A DNA stretch of 64,000 bases, taken from an uncultured Parachlamydiaceae bacterium. GTDB taxonomy: Bacteria; Chlamydiota; Chlamydiia; Chlamydiales; Parachlamydiaceae. The stretch's first letter is position 1. Each line of letters opens with the position of its first letter. Below, piece by piece: positions 48,921 to 57,965 of the stretch. The notes under the pieces are model-generated. The model was given only the letters and a program-made list of their open reading frames with translations. It searched no databases and was not told the DNA's origin. Made by a program: the position numbers and the translations under genes. The stretch spans positions 544,001 through 608,000 of the forward strand of contig CAVULX010000004.1 of the NCBI GenBank assembly GCA_963742415.1. Reading direction: 5' to 3'.

Positions 48921-50603
48921 ATGAATCGACAAACCGGATTATCTCTATTTATCTTCGCTCTAATATTAGTTTTTTGGGAATATTATAGCCGTTTAAACAC
49001 GCAGCTATTCTTTGTGCTTCCAGCCCCTTCACGCATCCTGCTATGCATGTGGGAATGTTCCGACCGTTTGCTGTTACATTCAAAAGAGACATTTAAGGAA
49101 ATGGCCGGTGGTGGTATATTAGCTTTGGCCGTGGCCTTCCCATTAGCATGGGGAATGTATCTTTGGAATGCGCTGAGATCTCTATTGCAACCCCTCTTTA
49201 TCATTATCCAATGCATCCCCATGTTTGCCCTTGCACCCATCATGGTGTTTTGGTTTGGCTGGTCCTATTTTGCCATCGCCATTCCAACAGCCCTTATGAT
49301 CTTCTTTCCATTAACCATGAACATCTATCAAGGATTGCGTTCCACGCCTCGCAATCTATTAGATTATTTCTATGTCAATCATGCCACTTCATGGCAGATT
49401 TTTAGCAAACTCCAATTGCCTTGGTCTTTCCCCCATATCACAGCAGGTCTGCGCATTGCTTCTGCCATTGCAGGGATTGGAGCTGTAGCAGGTGAGTGGG
49501 CAGGAGCTCAAAAAGGGCTAGGGGTTCTCATGCTAGAAAGCCGTCGCTCGACAGATTTGGAATTGACTTTTGCCGCTTTAGCTTGCCTATTTTTAATTAG
49601 CACAGCCTTTTATTCTATCTCCATCGGCCTCGAAAAACTTTTCCGGCGGAGATCGAAAATACATTTTTTTAAGTTATCATTTGGGATGGGCGCCAAGATG
49701 GTGCCGCTCCTTCTCTTATTGGGATGTCAGACCAGCTCAAAGCTTCCCGAAACCAAACCTGTTCACCTTATCTTGGATTGGCTTCCCAACCCCAATCACA
49801 TCCCATTATATGCAGGCATCGAACGAGGCATCTTTAAAAAATATGGGATCGATTTACAAATCGCTAAAATCAACGATCCGGGTGATACGGTCTCCTTCTT
49901 AACTTCAAAAAAAGTGGATTTAGCTTTGTATTACATGCCCGAAACTTGTTTGGCTATTTCACAAGGGGCCCCTATTCAGCCCATTGGATTTCTCATTAAA
50001 GAACCTTTAAATGCCTTCATTTACAGGAAAGAGGAGGGGATTGCAACCCCGAGAGACCTGGCAAAAAAGCGTTTAGGTTATTCTGTAGGAGGCTTTGGGT
50101 TAAATTTCTTAAATCATATCTTATCTCTTAATCACATTGAACCCAGCGAAAAATTCAATGTAAGTTTCGACTTGGTCAGCACTCTGGGATGCAAACGGGT
50201 CGATGCTATTTATGGAGCCTATTGGAATATCGAAACCGAACATCTGCGCAGTTTAGGTATAGAAACAGACCATTTCACATTAGCGCAAATGGGCCATCCG
50301 ACCTACTACGAGCTTATCGTAGTAGCGCATGGGGGCACCGAGTTTACGAGCCAACCTTTTATTGAAAATTTTAAGCTGGCTTTGCAAGAAAGTATTAACT
50401 TTTCCCGTGAAAATCCAGATATTGCCTTCGGCTTATATGTCAAAGCTAACCCAGATAAGCGTGCCAGAACATTCGCTTGGGAAAAAGAAGCTTGGAAGAA
50501 AACTGTGCCTCTTTTAGCTTTAAATCAAGAGAATGATCCGTCAGTTTGGGATCGTTTTTATCAATGGATTAAATCGAGCAGTGAGCATGGGAAACAGCAT
50601 TAA
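48921..50603 (+). CDS. ABC permease fused to an NMT1/THI5-like substrate-binding domain
   Basis: IPMFALAP, GAVAGEW permease motifs; LILDWLPNPNHIPLY binding-domain motif. Confidence 0.85.
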   Translation: MNRQTGLSLFIFALILVFWEYYSRLNTQLFFVLPAPSRILLCMWECSDRLLLHSKETFKEMAGGGILALAVAFPLAWGMYLWNALRSLLQPLFIIIQCIPMFALAPIMVFWFGWSYFAIAIPTALMIFFPLTMNIYQGLRSTPRNLLDYFYVNHATSWQIFSKLQLPWSFPHITAGLRIASAIAGIGAVAGEWAGAQKGLGVLMLESRRSTDLELTFAALACLFLISTAFYSISIGLEKLFRRRSKIHFFKLSFGMGAKMVPLLLLLGCQTSSKLPETKPVHLILDWLPNPNHIPLYAGIERGIFKKYGIDLQIAKINDPGDTVSFLTSKKVDLALYYMPETCLAISQGAPIQPIGFLIKEPLNAFIYRKEEGIATPRDLAKKRLGYSVGGFGLNFLNHILSLNHIEPSEKFNVSFDLVSTLGCKRVDAIYGAYWNIETEHLRSLGIETDHFTLAQMGHPTYYELIVVAHGGTEFTSQPFIENFKLALQESINFSRENPDIAFGLYVKANPDKRARTFAWEKEAWKKTVPLLALNQENDPSVWDRFYQWIKSSSEHGKQH

Positions 50604-51858
50604 CAAGTCAAAGCGGCAGCTAATTTCTTGGGCTTTTTACGATTGGGCCAACGGGGCTTACGCTTGCATAATAGGAACCTTTGTTTATGCAGCCTATTTT
50701 GTCAATAGTGTAGCCCCGAATAAAACCGAAGGGATGTCACTATGGGGGATGGCCATAGGGATCTCAGGTCTTTGCATCGCCTTCGGCAGCCCCGTCCTTG
50801 GCGCCATTGCGGATCAAGGGGGAAATCGAAAACGGTGGCTTGCCTTATTTACTTCCATTTGCATCACCTCCATCGCTTCGATGTATTTTGTGCAGCCAAA
50901 GCCCCAATATGTAGCTCTGGGCTTGATTTTGATCGGTTTTGCCGCTACAGCTTCCGATTATTCTTACGTTTTTTATAATGCCATGCTTCCCGAGTTAGCT
51001 TCGAGAGAGAAGATCGGCAGATGGTCTGGATGGGGATGGAGCTTAGGGTACTTCGGCGGCGTGTTAAGTCTTTTGCTTTGTTTGCTGTTCATCCGCAACA
51101 AGCAAACTCTATGGGGGAGCTTGGATGATTCTTCGGAACAAGCCATACGAATTTGTTTCGTTTTTGTGTCTTTATGGTATTTGACATTTGCTTTACCCCT
51201 CTTTTTATTTACTCCTCGAGATAAAGCTAAGCTGCCCATGACCCCCCTTCAACTTATTTCAAAATCTTTCGGCCAGCTGAAACAATCGTTTATCGAAGTG
51301 CACTCCCACTTCGACATCTATCGCTTCCTCATTGCACGTATGATTTATACAGACGCCTTAGTCACCCTCTTTGCTTTTGGTGGTGTCTATGCGGCTGCGG
51401 CCTTTTCTCTAAATATCCAAGAGGTGATCCTTTTCGGGATCCTTTTAAATATCTCAGGAGGGATAGGAGCTTGCTCATTTGCCTTTTTGGATGATAAGTT
51501 TGGCGGCAAAACAATCATTATAACCTCCCTATGCTGCTTGCTTTTTACAGGATCGATGACGTTGATGGCACAAACCAAAACCCAGTTTTGGTACTGGGGA
51601 ATAACCATAGGCTTGTTTGTAGGTCCGGCGCAAGCTTCCAGCCGCTCCTATTTAGCTCGTATGACTCCCAAAGAATTGATCCACCAAATGTTCGGCTTTT
51701 TTGCTTTGTCCTCCAAAGCCACAGCTTTTCTAGGCCCTTTTTCCGTTAGCGGGATCGCGTATCTTACTGGAAGCTTAAAGGCGGGAATGAGTTGCATTTT
51801 AATCCTTCTTCTTGCGGGTCTTTTGCTCATGCTCAACGTCAAAAATGACAAGCCGTAG
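50587..51858 (+). CDS. MFS transporter (Atg22/UMF1-like)
   Basis: SWAFYDWAN, PVLGAIAD, FYNAMLP, SGWGWSLGYFGG, GPAQASSRS; start moved to ATG 50587. Confidence 0.88.
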   Translation: MGNSINKSKRQLISWAFYDWANGAYACIIGTFVYAAYFVNSVAPNKTEGMSLWGMAIGISGLCIAFGSPVLGAIADQGGNRKRWLALFTSICITSIASMYFVQPKPQYVALGLILIGFAATASDYSYVFYNAMLPELASREKIGRWSGWGWSLGYFGGVLSLLLCLLFIRNKQTLWGSLDDSSEQAIRICFVFVSLWYLTFALPLFLFTPRDKAKLPMTPLQLISKSFGQLKQSFIEVHSHFDIYRFLIARMIYTDALVTLFAFGGVYAAAAFSLNIQEVILFGILLNISGGIGACSFAFLDDKFGGKTIIITSLCCLLFTGSMTLMAQTKTQFWYWGITIGLFVGPAQASSRSYLARMTPKELIHQMFGFFALSSKATAFLGPFSVSGIAYLTGSLKAGMSCILILLLAGLLLMLNVKNDKP

Positions 51859-51920
51859 CATCATTTCCCCTCACTCTCTGGTAACAGTCTCCAACTATGG
51901 TGCTTTATCTTCCTTTTTTC

Positions 51921-52099
51921 AACAGGATAAGCATGATCGTAAACGGCAGGATAAGCAGGATAAAAGAAAAAAGTTATTTTTTTAAATCGTTTAAACTTAA
52001 TTATATTCCCGCATCCTGAACCTTCTTATTCAATATCCTGCTTATCCTGCCGTTTACGATCATGCTTATCCTGTTTCTTCTCTATGCCTCTCCTAAGTA
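51921..52099. repeat. Palindromic CAGGAT-rich element, copy 2
   Basis: aacaggataagcatgatcgtaaacggcaggataagcaggat ... atcctgcttatcctgccgtttacgatcatgcttatcctgtt; homologous to 34320-34494. Confidence 0.85.
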
Positions 52100-52137
52100 G
52101 GGATGTCAGAAAAGTCCAATAGAATTGTATTTAATGC

Positions 52138-52166
52138 TTGACATAACCCCATAAGTTTTTTATCTT
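52138..52166 (+). promoter_or_regulatory. dnaN promoter candidate
   Basis: TTGACA-N17-TATCTT. Confidence 0.6.
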
Positions 52167-52198
52167 CATATCTCCATGTGAAATAAAGGAAAACATTT

Positions 52199-53344
52199 AT
52201 GAAGTTCGTGATCTCTACTCAAGAATTCAACTATCTTATTTCGAAATGTTTAAATGTAGTTTCGCAAAAGATGACAATCCCGATCCTCTCGAATATTCTG
52301 ATAGAGGCAGTCAATGACGAGCTCATTTTAACAGCCACAGACTTAACCGTAGGGATCCGCTGCTATACAGAAGCCAAAATTTTAGCAGAAGGGGCCACAA
52401 CAGTGCCTGCAAAACGCTTGGCTCAACTTGTTCGGGAGTTGACAGCAGGAAATTTGGAGATATCGACCAATGCCAATGAAGTCACCGAAATTGTCGCCGA
52501 TTCTTCCCGATTCAAGCTCAATGGAATGAACAAAAATGAATTCCCCGCGTTGCCATCCGTTGCTGGAGCAACCAGCTTCAAGATCAAACAAGCAGACTTG
52601 AAAGAGATGCTCTTTCGCACCGCTTTCGCCGTTTCGCGCGAAGACAACCGGTACGTCTTGACAGGTGTCTTAATGCACATTGCCAATGCCGATGCAATTT
52701 TTGTAGGAACAGATGGCAAACGGTTAGCCCGCGCTCATATCAAAGTGGAAATTGACCCAACATTCACAGGCAGCTTTATCATTCCCCTAAAAGCCGTAGA
52801 AGAGATCTTGAAGAACTTAACCGAAGAAGGGGAAGCGACTGTTTATCTTATGAACGATAAAATTGCCGTGGAAGCTTCTAATACGATAATCGTTACGAAA
52901 TTGCTTTCAGGCGACTATCCCGATGTGAATCGAGTCATTCCCGAAAGTACCGAAGCCGTGGTTTCTTTACATCGGGAAGAGCTAATGACTTTGCTTAAAC
53001 AAGTCTCCCTCTTCGCAGCAGATACGAACCACTCCGTCCGCTTCACTTTCGATGCCGGTGAATTGCGTTTAGCAGCTAATGCAATGGAAGTCGGGGAAGG
53101 AAGGGTTTGCATGCCGGCTAACTACCACGGTCCGCAGCTCGAAATTGCTTTCAACCCCAATTTCTTTTTAGACATTTTGCGCCATAGTAAAGGGCAAACG
53201 GTCAACATGGGGATTACCGATGCCTACAATCCAGGAATCATCACAGACAACAATGAAGCCTCTGCCTCTAATGAAGCCTCTGCCTCTACTGTTACTCCAA
53301 GCTCCCTTTTCGTGCTGATGCCGATGCGTCTTAACGAAGAATGA
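52199..53344 (+). CDS. dnaN: DNA polymerase III beta clamp
   Basis: IPILSNILI, LTATDL, RYVLTG, VGTDGKRL, GDYPD, IAFN, VLMPMRL. Confidence 0.97.
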   Translation: MKFVISTQEFNYLISKCLNVVSQKMTIPILSNILIEAVNDELILTATDLTVGIRCYTEAKILAEGATTVPAKRLAQLVRELTAGNLEISTNANEVTEIVADSSRFKLNGMNKNEFPALPSVAGATSFKIKQADLKEMLFRTAFAVSREDNRYVLTGVLMHIANADAIFVGTDGKRLARAHIKVEIDPTFTGSFIIPLKAVEEILKNLTEEGEATVYLMNDKIAVEASNTIIVTKLLSGDYPDVNRVIPESTEAVVSLHREELMTLLKQVSLFAADTNHSVRFTFDAGELRLAANAMEVGEGRVCMPANYHGPQLEIAFNPNFFLDILRHSKGQTVNMGITDAYNPGIITDNNEASASNEASASTVTPSSLFVLMPMRLNEE

Positions 53345-53345
53345 C

Positions 53346-54407
53346 ATGTTCCTGAAATCTTTGCTTTTGAGAAATTTTCGTCTATACGATGAAGCTTATT
53401 TTGAATTTGATTCCGGTATTAACATTTTGTGCGGTCCAAACGCCGCTGGCAAAACCACACTTTTAGAAGCAATCCATTTTCTTGTTTCCGGGCGCTCTTT
53501 TCGAAATTGGCAGCTTCTCGACTTGATTAAACAAGGGGAATCTGCTTTTTTTCTCGAAGCCGCCTTTGTTAAAAACGGGATCGAACAATCGATCAAGATT
53601 TACTACGGCGGCGCAAGAAAAAAGATTTTCTACAATAGCACCGAATGCCCTTCACTAACAGCTTTGCTTGGCACCCTTCAAGGAGTTGCTTTGGTACCCA
53701 CAGACGTGGAAATAATCAAAGGGGCTCCAGCAGCGCGCCGCTACTATCTAGACATGCAAATTGCTCAAGTCGACCCTCTCTATGTGCACCACTTGACCCG
53801 CTACCATAAAGCGATGACCCAAAGAAACCATTTACTTAAAATCCAATCCCTCTCTTCTATCGAATGCTGGGAGCAAGAAATGGCCAAGTCAGCCTCTTAT
53901 ATCACAAAGCAACGTGCCACAGCTGTAGAAGAACTAAAAGAGGACTGCAAAAACTACTATAGCTTCCTTGGCAAGGAGAGCGAACCTTTAGTATTATCTT
54001 ATAAAACCTCCTGCCCTGCGCACGATGAATTAGAGATGCGGCGGCAGCATTATTTGCAGCAATATGGCAAGCATCGGTTGCGTGAGGTTCAACTCAAAAC
54101 AACCCTCACGGGGCCGCATAAAGATGACTTAATCATCGACATATCCTCCAAAGAGGCTCGCTTCTTTGCCAGCGAAGGGCAGCAGCGCAGCGGCGTCACT
54201 GCCATGCGCATGGCTGAATGGACGCGGCTTAAGGCTTTAGGCGGCGAATCCCCTTTAATGCTCATCGATGACTTTGGAATGAGTTTGGATGATTCCAGGC
54301 GTTCCCGCTTAATCGAACATATTCAAACTTTGGGGCAAGTTTTTGTAACATCGACTCACGCTCTCCCTATTTCCGGGAAGATGTTGAATTTGCCACATTT
54401 TCAATAA
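53346..54407 (+). CDS. recF: DNA replication/repair protein RecF
   Basis: LRNFR, GPNAAGKTTLLEAI, GPHKDD, ASEGQQR, LIDDFGMSLD. Confidence 0.96.
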   Translation: MFLKSLLLRNFRLYDEAYFEFDSGINILCGPNAAGKTTLLEAIHFLVSGRSFRNWQLLDLIKQGESAFFLEAAFVKNGIEQSIKIYYGGARKKIFYNSTECPSLTALLGTLQGVALVPTDVEIIKGAPAARRYYLDMQIAQVDPLYVHHLTRYHKAMTQRNHLLKIQSLSSIECWEQEMAKSASYITKQRATAVEELKEDCKNYYSFLGKESEPLVLSYKTSCPAHDELEMRRQHYLQQYGKHRLREVQLKTTLTGPHKDDLIIDISSKEARFFASEGQQRSGVTAMRMAEWTRLKALGGESPLMLIDDFGMSLDDSRRSRLIEHIQTLGQVFVTSTHALPISGKMLNLPHFQ

Positions 54408-54456
54408 CGCGTTTCTTTATATTCAAAAAATCGTTCTTTTTACCGGAATCAAAATT

Positions 54457-54723
54457 TCAATCAGAACTTGTTGGAATGATGGGAGTTTTTATAAGAAGTG
54501 AAAGGGCTAAAATTAGCCTGTCAGTTGCGAGATCTTTTTCGAACAGTGAAGCAGCTCCTTCCAATCTTTCAAAGTTGATCTCAACAAAGGATTTGAATTG
54601 TCTCCCTAGTCTTCGAACAGCATAAGTTTTTCCAACTTGCCTAGCTCCACGCAGAATAAGTGGTTTGCGAAAAGGGTCTATTTTCCATTTATCTAAATGA
54701 AAATCGATAATTCTCTTAAACAT
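54457..54723 (-). pseudogene. N-terminal fragment of an AAA_14/DUF4143 ATPase
   Basis: RKPLILRGARQVGKT, VEINFE, then a stop before Walker B (88 aa). Confidence 0.8.
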
Positions 54724-55151
54724 GGCTGATTTCCAAAGCAAAATTGCTTAAAATTTGGTTCTATTCCAAACCAAAAATAGATGCTTTTTGGTTAAATTCC
54801 AAGGTAAAACATCACTTTTTTGGAAATTTAATTTTTCTCTTCTGAAAATTAATACAACCTATATGTCCAGATGGAAAGGAACCTTTTCTTTTAAATTTAC
54901 TTCATTGATTTAATATCAGGGTAGCAGCAAGATTCATGCGTAAATACACTCTAATAAATTTATCTACCCGACATCTATTTGTTGACAAAAAAAACATAAA
55001 TAAATCAATCTCTTTTAAATAAATTTTTTTATTATCTTTATAAAAACTTAATACTTTTTTAGTATGATTATTTTTTAATCAAATATTACGTTTGAATTGT
55101 TAACAAACTAATAAAAATTGATTACATAGATCAATTATGTTAGATTAAAAA

Positions 55152-55179
55152 TTGACAAAAAGCATAAAAATATTATAGT
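55152..55179 (+). promoter_or_regulatory. Serpin promoter candidate
   Basis: TTGACA-N16-TATAGT; GGAG RBS downstream. Confidence 0.5.
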
Positions 55180-55217
55180 TATTTATTTAAAAATAAAATA
55201 ATGGAGTTAAAACATAC

Positions 55218-56606
55218 ATGCGCTTGGAAAATTTTAATTTGGAAGGGGCTAAATACCTTTTTTCATGTACAATTCGTCATCCTAAACTCGCTTTATTAGG
55301 AGTATTGGCAACAATTACTGCTATTGTATTGCATAAATTGTATCGAGGAGATTTTCCTTCTAAAGATCTTCCAAAAGAAAAGCTAGACCTTCCAAAAGAA
55401 AAGCGCTTTAAGCAAGTTGATCCCCGTTATGCTAAAGCAATAAATCAAATTGCTTTGGATATTTTCGAAAATTTATCCAAGTCCAAAAATTCTTGCCTCT
55501 TTATGCCCAATCTAATTGCAAACCTAATGATGCTATATCAAGGAATGCCGGAAGAAGTTAAAGGCCCTATTAAAAAGGAGTTACATCTGGACGAAATGGA
55601 AGAGGGTGAAATCCGCGATGGCTTTGCTGATTGGACACAGCAGCTTCAATCACGTGCAGAAGATAAAGGTCTCTTTTCAAGGTTTCAAAAAAAGCCTTCT
55701 TATCAGTTTGTTGCTTCACGGGCAATTGCTGTTCATCAAGATTGCAAGTTACCTGATGGTATGAAAGAGGCCAATTTGATGGATGTAATATCTTTTGAAG
55801 GTGCTCAAGATGCTGAAAAAAAATCAAATGCTTGGATCGAAAACAAAACGGATGGAGATATCAAAGGCCTTGTCAAAGACTTGGATAGTAAGACTGCTGT
55901 ATTGCTCATCAGCGCGGCTATATTTGCTGGTAAGTGGGTCTATCCTTTTACGAAGAGCAAGACGCAAAAAGAAAGCTTCACTAACGCCGATGACACCAAA
56001 GTTCTTGTAGATAAAATGTTTATGGCCTCAGATAATTTGAGATTTGGATATGCCAATAGTCTCAGAGTCATGGAATTGCCATTTCATGGAGAGATCACGA
56101 TGCTCATTTTTTTGCCAGAGGGTGTTAAGAAGGAAAAGTATATAAATACTTTGAATAGAGCGATGACAACAACAAACATATTAAAATTTGTGCAAAACTA
56201 CGAAAATAAGTTGAAAGCAAAAGCATCGATGGAAATCGCTATGCCTCGTTTAAACGTTGATGAAGAAGTCGATTTAATGGAAGAGCTCAAAGACTGGCCT
56301 GTGATGCAAATGATTAAAGAAGCGGATTTAAATGGCTCACTACTTGAACGGGAGGGCGGTGATCCTTTAAAAGCTCAAAAAATGATCAACGCTACAAAAA
56401 TGAAATTAGATGAAGAAGGTGTTGTTATCAAAGCAGCGACTTATACACCTTGTTATTATGAATCCTGTCCTCCTCAACCCTTTGATGTCAATCGTTCTTT
56501 TGGATATGTCTTTTGGGACAAAGAAAGCAAAACAATTCTTGGCATAGGCAAAGTCACCCATTTAGATGGAGACCCTGTCCCCGAAAAAAAGAAAACCAGG
56601 TATTAA
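55218..56606 (+). CDS. Serpin family protein with an N-terminal hydrophobic extension
   Basis: NAWIENKTDGDI, LLISAAIFAGKWVYPF, VMELPF, MLIFLP, DEEG hinge, FDVNRSF...ILGIGKV. Confidence 0.9.
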   Translation: MRLENFNLEGAKYLFSCTIRHPKLALLGVLATITAIVLHKLYRGDFPSKDLPKEKLDLPKEKRFKQVDPRYAKAINQIALDIFENLSKSKNSCLFMPNLIANLMMLYQGMPEEVKGPIKKELHLDEMEEGEIRDGFADWTQQLQSRAEDKGLFSRFQKKPSYQFVASRAIAVHQDCKLPDGMKEANLMDVISFEGAQDAEKKSNAWIENKTDGDIKGLVKDLDSKTAVLLISAAIFAGKWVYPFTKSKTQKESFTNADDTKVLVDKMFMASDNLRFGYANSLRVMELPFHGEITMLIFLPEGVKKEKYINTLNRAMTTTNILKFVQNYENKLKAKASMEIAMPRLNVDEEVDLMEELKDWPVMQMIKEADLNGSLLEREGGDPLKAQKMINATKMKLDEEGVVIKAATYTPCYYESCPPQPFDVNRSFGYVFWDKESKTILGIGKVTHLDGDPVPEKKKTRY

Positions 56607-56608
56607 TT

Positions 56609-57448
56609 GTGGCAGGGATAGTCGCTTACAGTTCTCATTTTCTTTCTACCCCGTTTCTTTTGAAGGATCCAAAACCCGATTATTCTGTTGAATATTTTTA
56701 TAAAAAAATAGGGGTGTTTGATCAGCAAACGACAAACGAAACGAAAATTTTTTTTAATGGGCAAGATAAAGAGTCCTATTTCCATGATGAGAAAAATCAT
56801 CGATGGGGATTAATAAAGCCCAAACAAGAAAAAAAAAGAAAGGCTCTTGTTGAATTCGATTGTGAAGGCCATGTCGTTAAAGAAGATATTTCAACTCCTT
56901 TTTCAGTTTATAAAAATTATGATCTCCTTAAAAAAGCCACAATTGTTGCTTTGGAAGCAATGGGAAAAAACATGAAATGGGAAGGAGAGTCCCATTTGAT
57001 GGCGATGTCTTTCATGCAACATCAGCTTGTCCAAGAAAAGACATCTCCTGGAATTGAATACCATCATGATGATAGTCATTATACGATGGTCGTTATGTTA
57101 GATGATCCTCAGCATCAGCAGCAGGGCTGGAATGGGGGTGAACTATTATTTAGGCCTGGAAAATCACACATTTTGGTACATCGTCTTACCCCCGAATTTG
57201 GGCATGGCATTTTATTTTCAAATCAAGGCACACAACATGCTGTCACTCCTTTTACAGCCAAAGATCATTCTCAAGATTACATCGAGAGAACCATTCTTAC
57301 ATTTCATGATTATGGTTTGGCTGAAAAAACTTCCGAAAAGATAAAATTAAAATCAAAATGGCATTATCTTCCTGTTTGTGCAAGCAATATGGCTTCGGGT
57401 CTAATTTCTGCAGTGTCTAAAGTTTTTGGACATATTTTTCATCGATAA
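56609..57448 (+). CDS. 2OG-Fe(II) oxygenase superfamily protein (start uncertain, possibly 5'-truncated)
   Basis: YHHD, YTMVVML, WNGGELLF, QHAVTP, ERTIL. Confidence 0.7.
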   Translation: MAGIVAYSSHFLSTPFLLKDPKPDYSVEYFYKKIGVFDQQTTNETKIFFNGQDKESYFHDEKNHRWGLIKPKQEKKRKALVEFDCEGHVVKEDISTPFSVYKNYDLLKKATIVALEAMGKNMKWEGESHLMAMSFMQHQLVQEKTSPGIEYHHDDSHYTMVVMLDDPQHQQQGWNGGELLFRPGKSHILVHRLTPEFGHGILFSNQGTQHAVTPFTAKDHSQDYIERTILTFHDYGLAEKTSEKIKLKSKWHYLPVCASNMASGLISAVSKVFGHIFHR

Positions 57449-57489
57449 TTTCACAAAATTAATAATACGCAATGTAAATCAAATCCGCG

Positions 57490-57639
57490 TTAATTGTTCG
57501 CATTGCCGTGTTCCATCTTTGACAAGTTGCCCTGATTGACACCTACCTTTTTCGCAAGCCCTGCTTGTGACCAGCCTTCACGGAATCTAAAACCACGGAG
57601 TGTCGCACCAGCTTCGGAAAATTTTTCAATTAAATCACT
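57490..57639 (-). pseudogene. XRE-family HTH regulator fragment
   Basis: Hand translation GATLRGFRFREGWSQAGLAKKVGVNQGNLSKMEHG; no start, premature stop. Confidence 0.75.
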
Positions 57640-57965
57640 TATTATTTTAAATCTACTTTATTGATTTAATCAGGGTAGCAGCAAGTTTCATGCGTAAATA
57701 CACTCTAAGAAATTTATCTGTCTGACATCTACTTGTAGACGAATAAAATCATTAGACTCAACTAACCATCATCGGCATTTCATTTTTAGAATTTTTCTAT
57801 CTTTTTAATATTTAACCTTGTAAATTCTTTAGAGTGTATTTACGGGGAAATCCTGCTGATACCCTTCTCTGTCGTCTTCCTAAACATTGTTTATCATTTT
57901 GGGCTTTGTCCCAGGAAAAGTTTAAAAGCATTTGCGGGCTGAAGGCCTTGAAAGGAAGTTAAAAA

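Larger units (their letters stand above)
54918..57865. mobile_element. Putative non-autonomous Tn3-family cassette (no transposase) with serpin and 2OG oxygenase cargo, ending in a 194-bp miniature element
   Basis: 38-bp repeats at 54918-54955 (+), 57672-57709 (+) and 57828-57865 (-), all AGGGTA...CGTAAATACACTCTAA. Confidence 0.6.

Noticed and set aside
52199..54407. dnaN-recF without dnaA or gyrB as an anomaly
   Set aside because: From recall this is the usual arrangement in Chlamydiae
56513..56608. ORF-track start of the 2OG oxygenase inside the serpin
   Set aside because: Non-ATG start with a 94-nt overlap and implausible sequence; the true start is downstream or lost
54918..57865. 38-bp repeats as CRISPR repeats
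   Set aside because: Only three copies, one inverted, with no regular spacers
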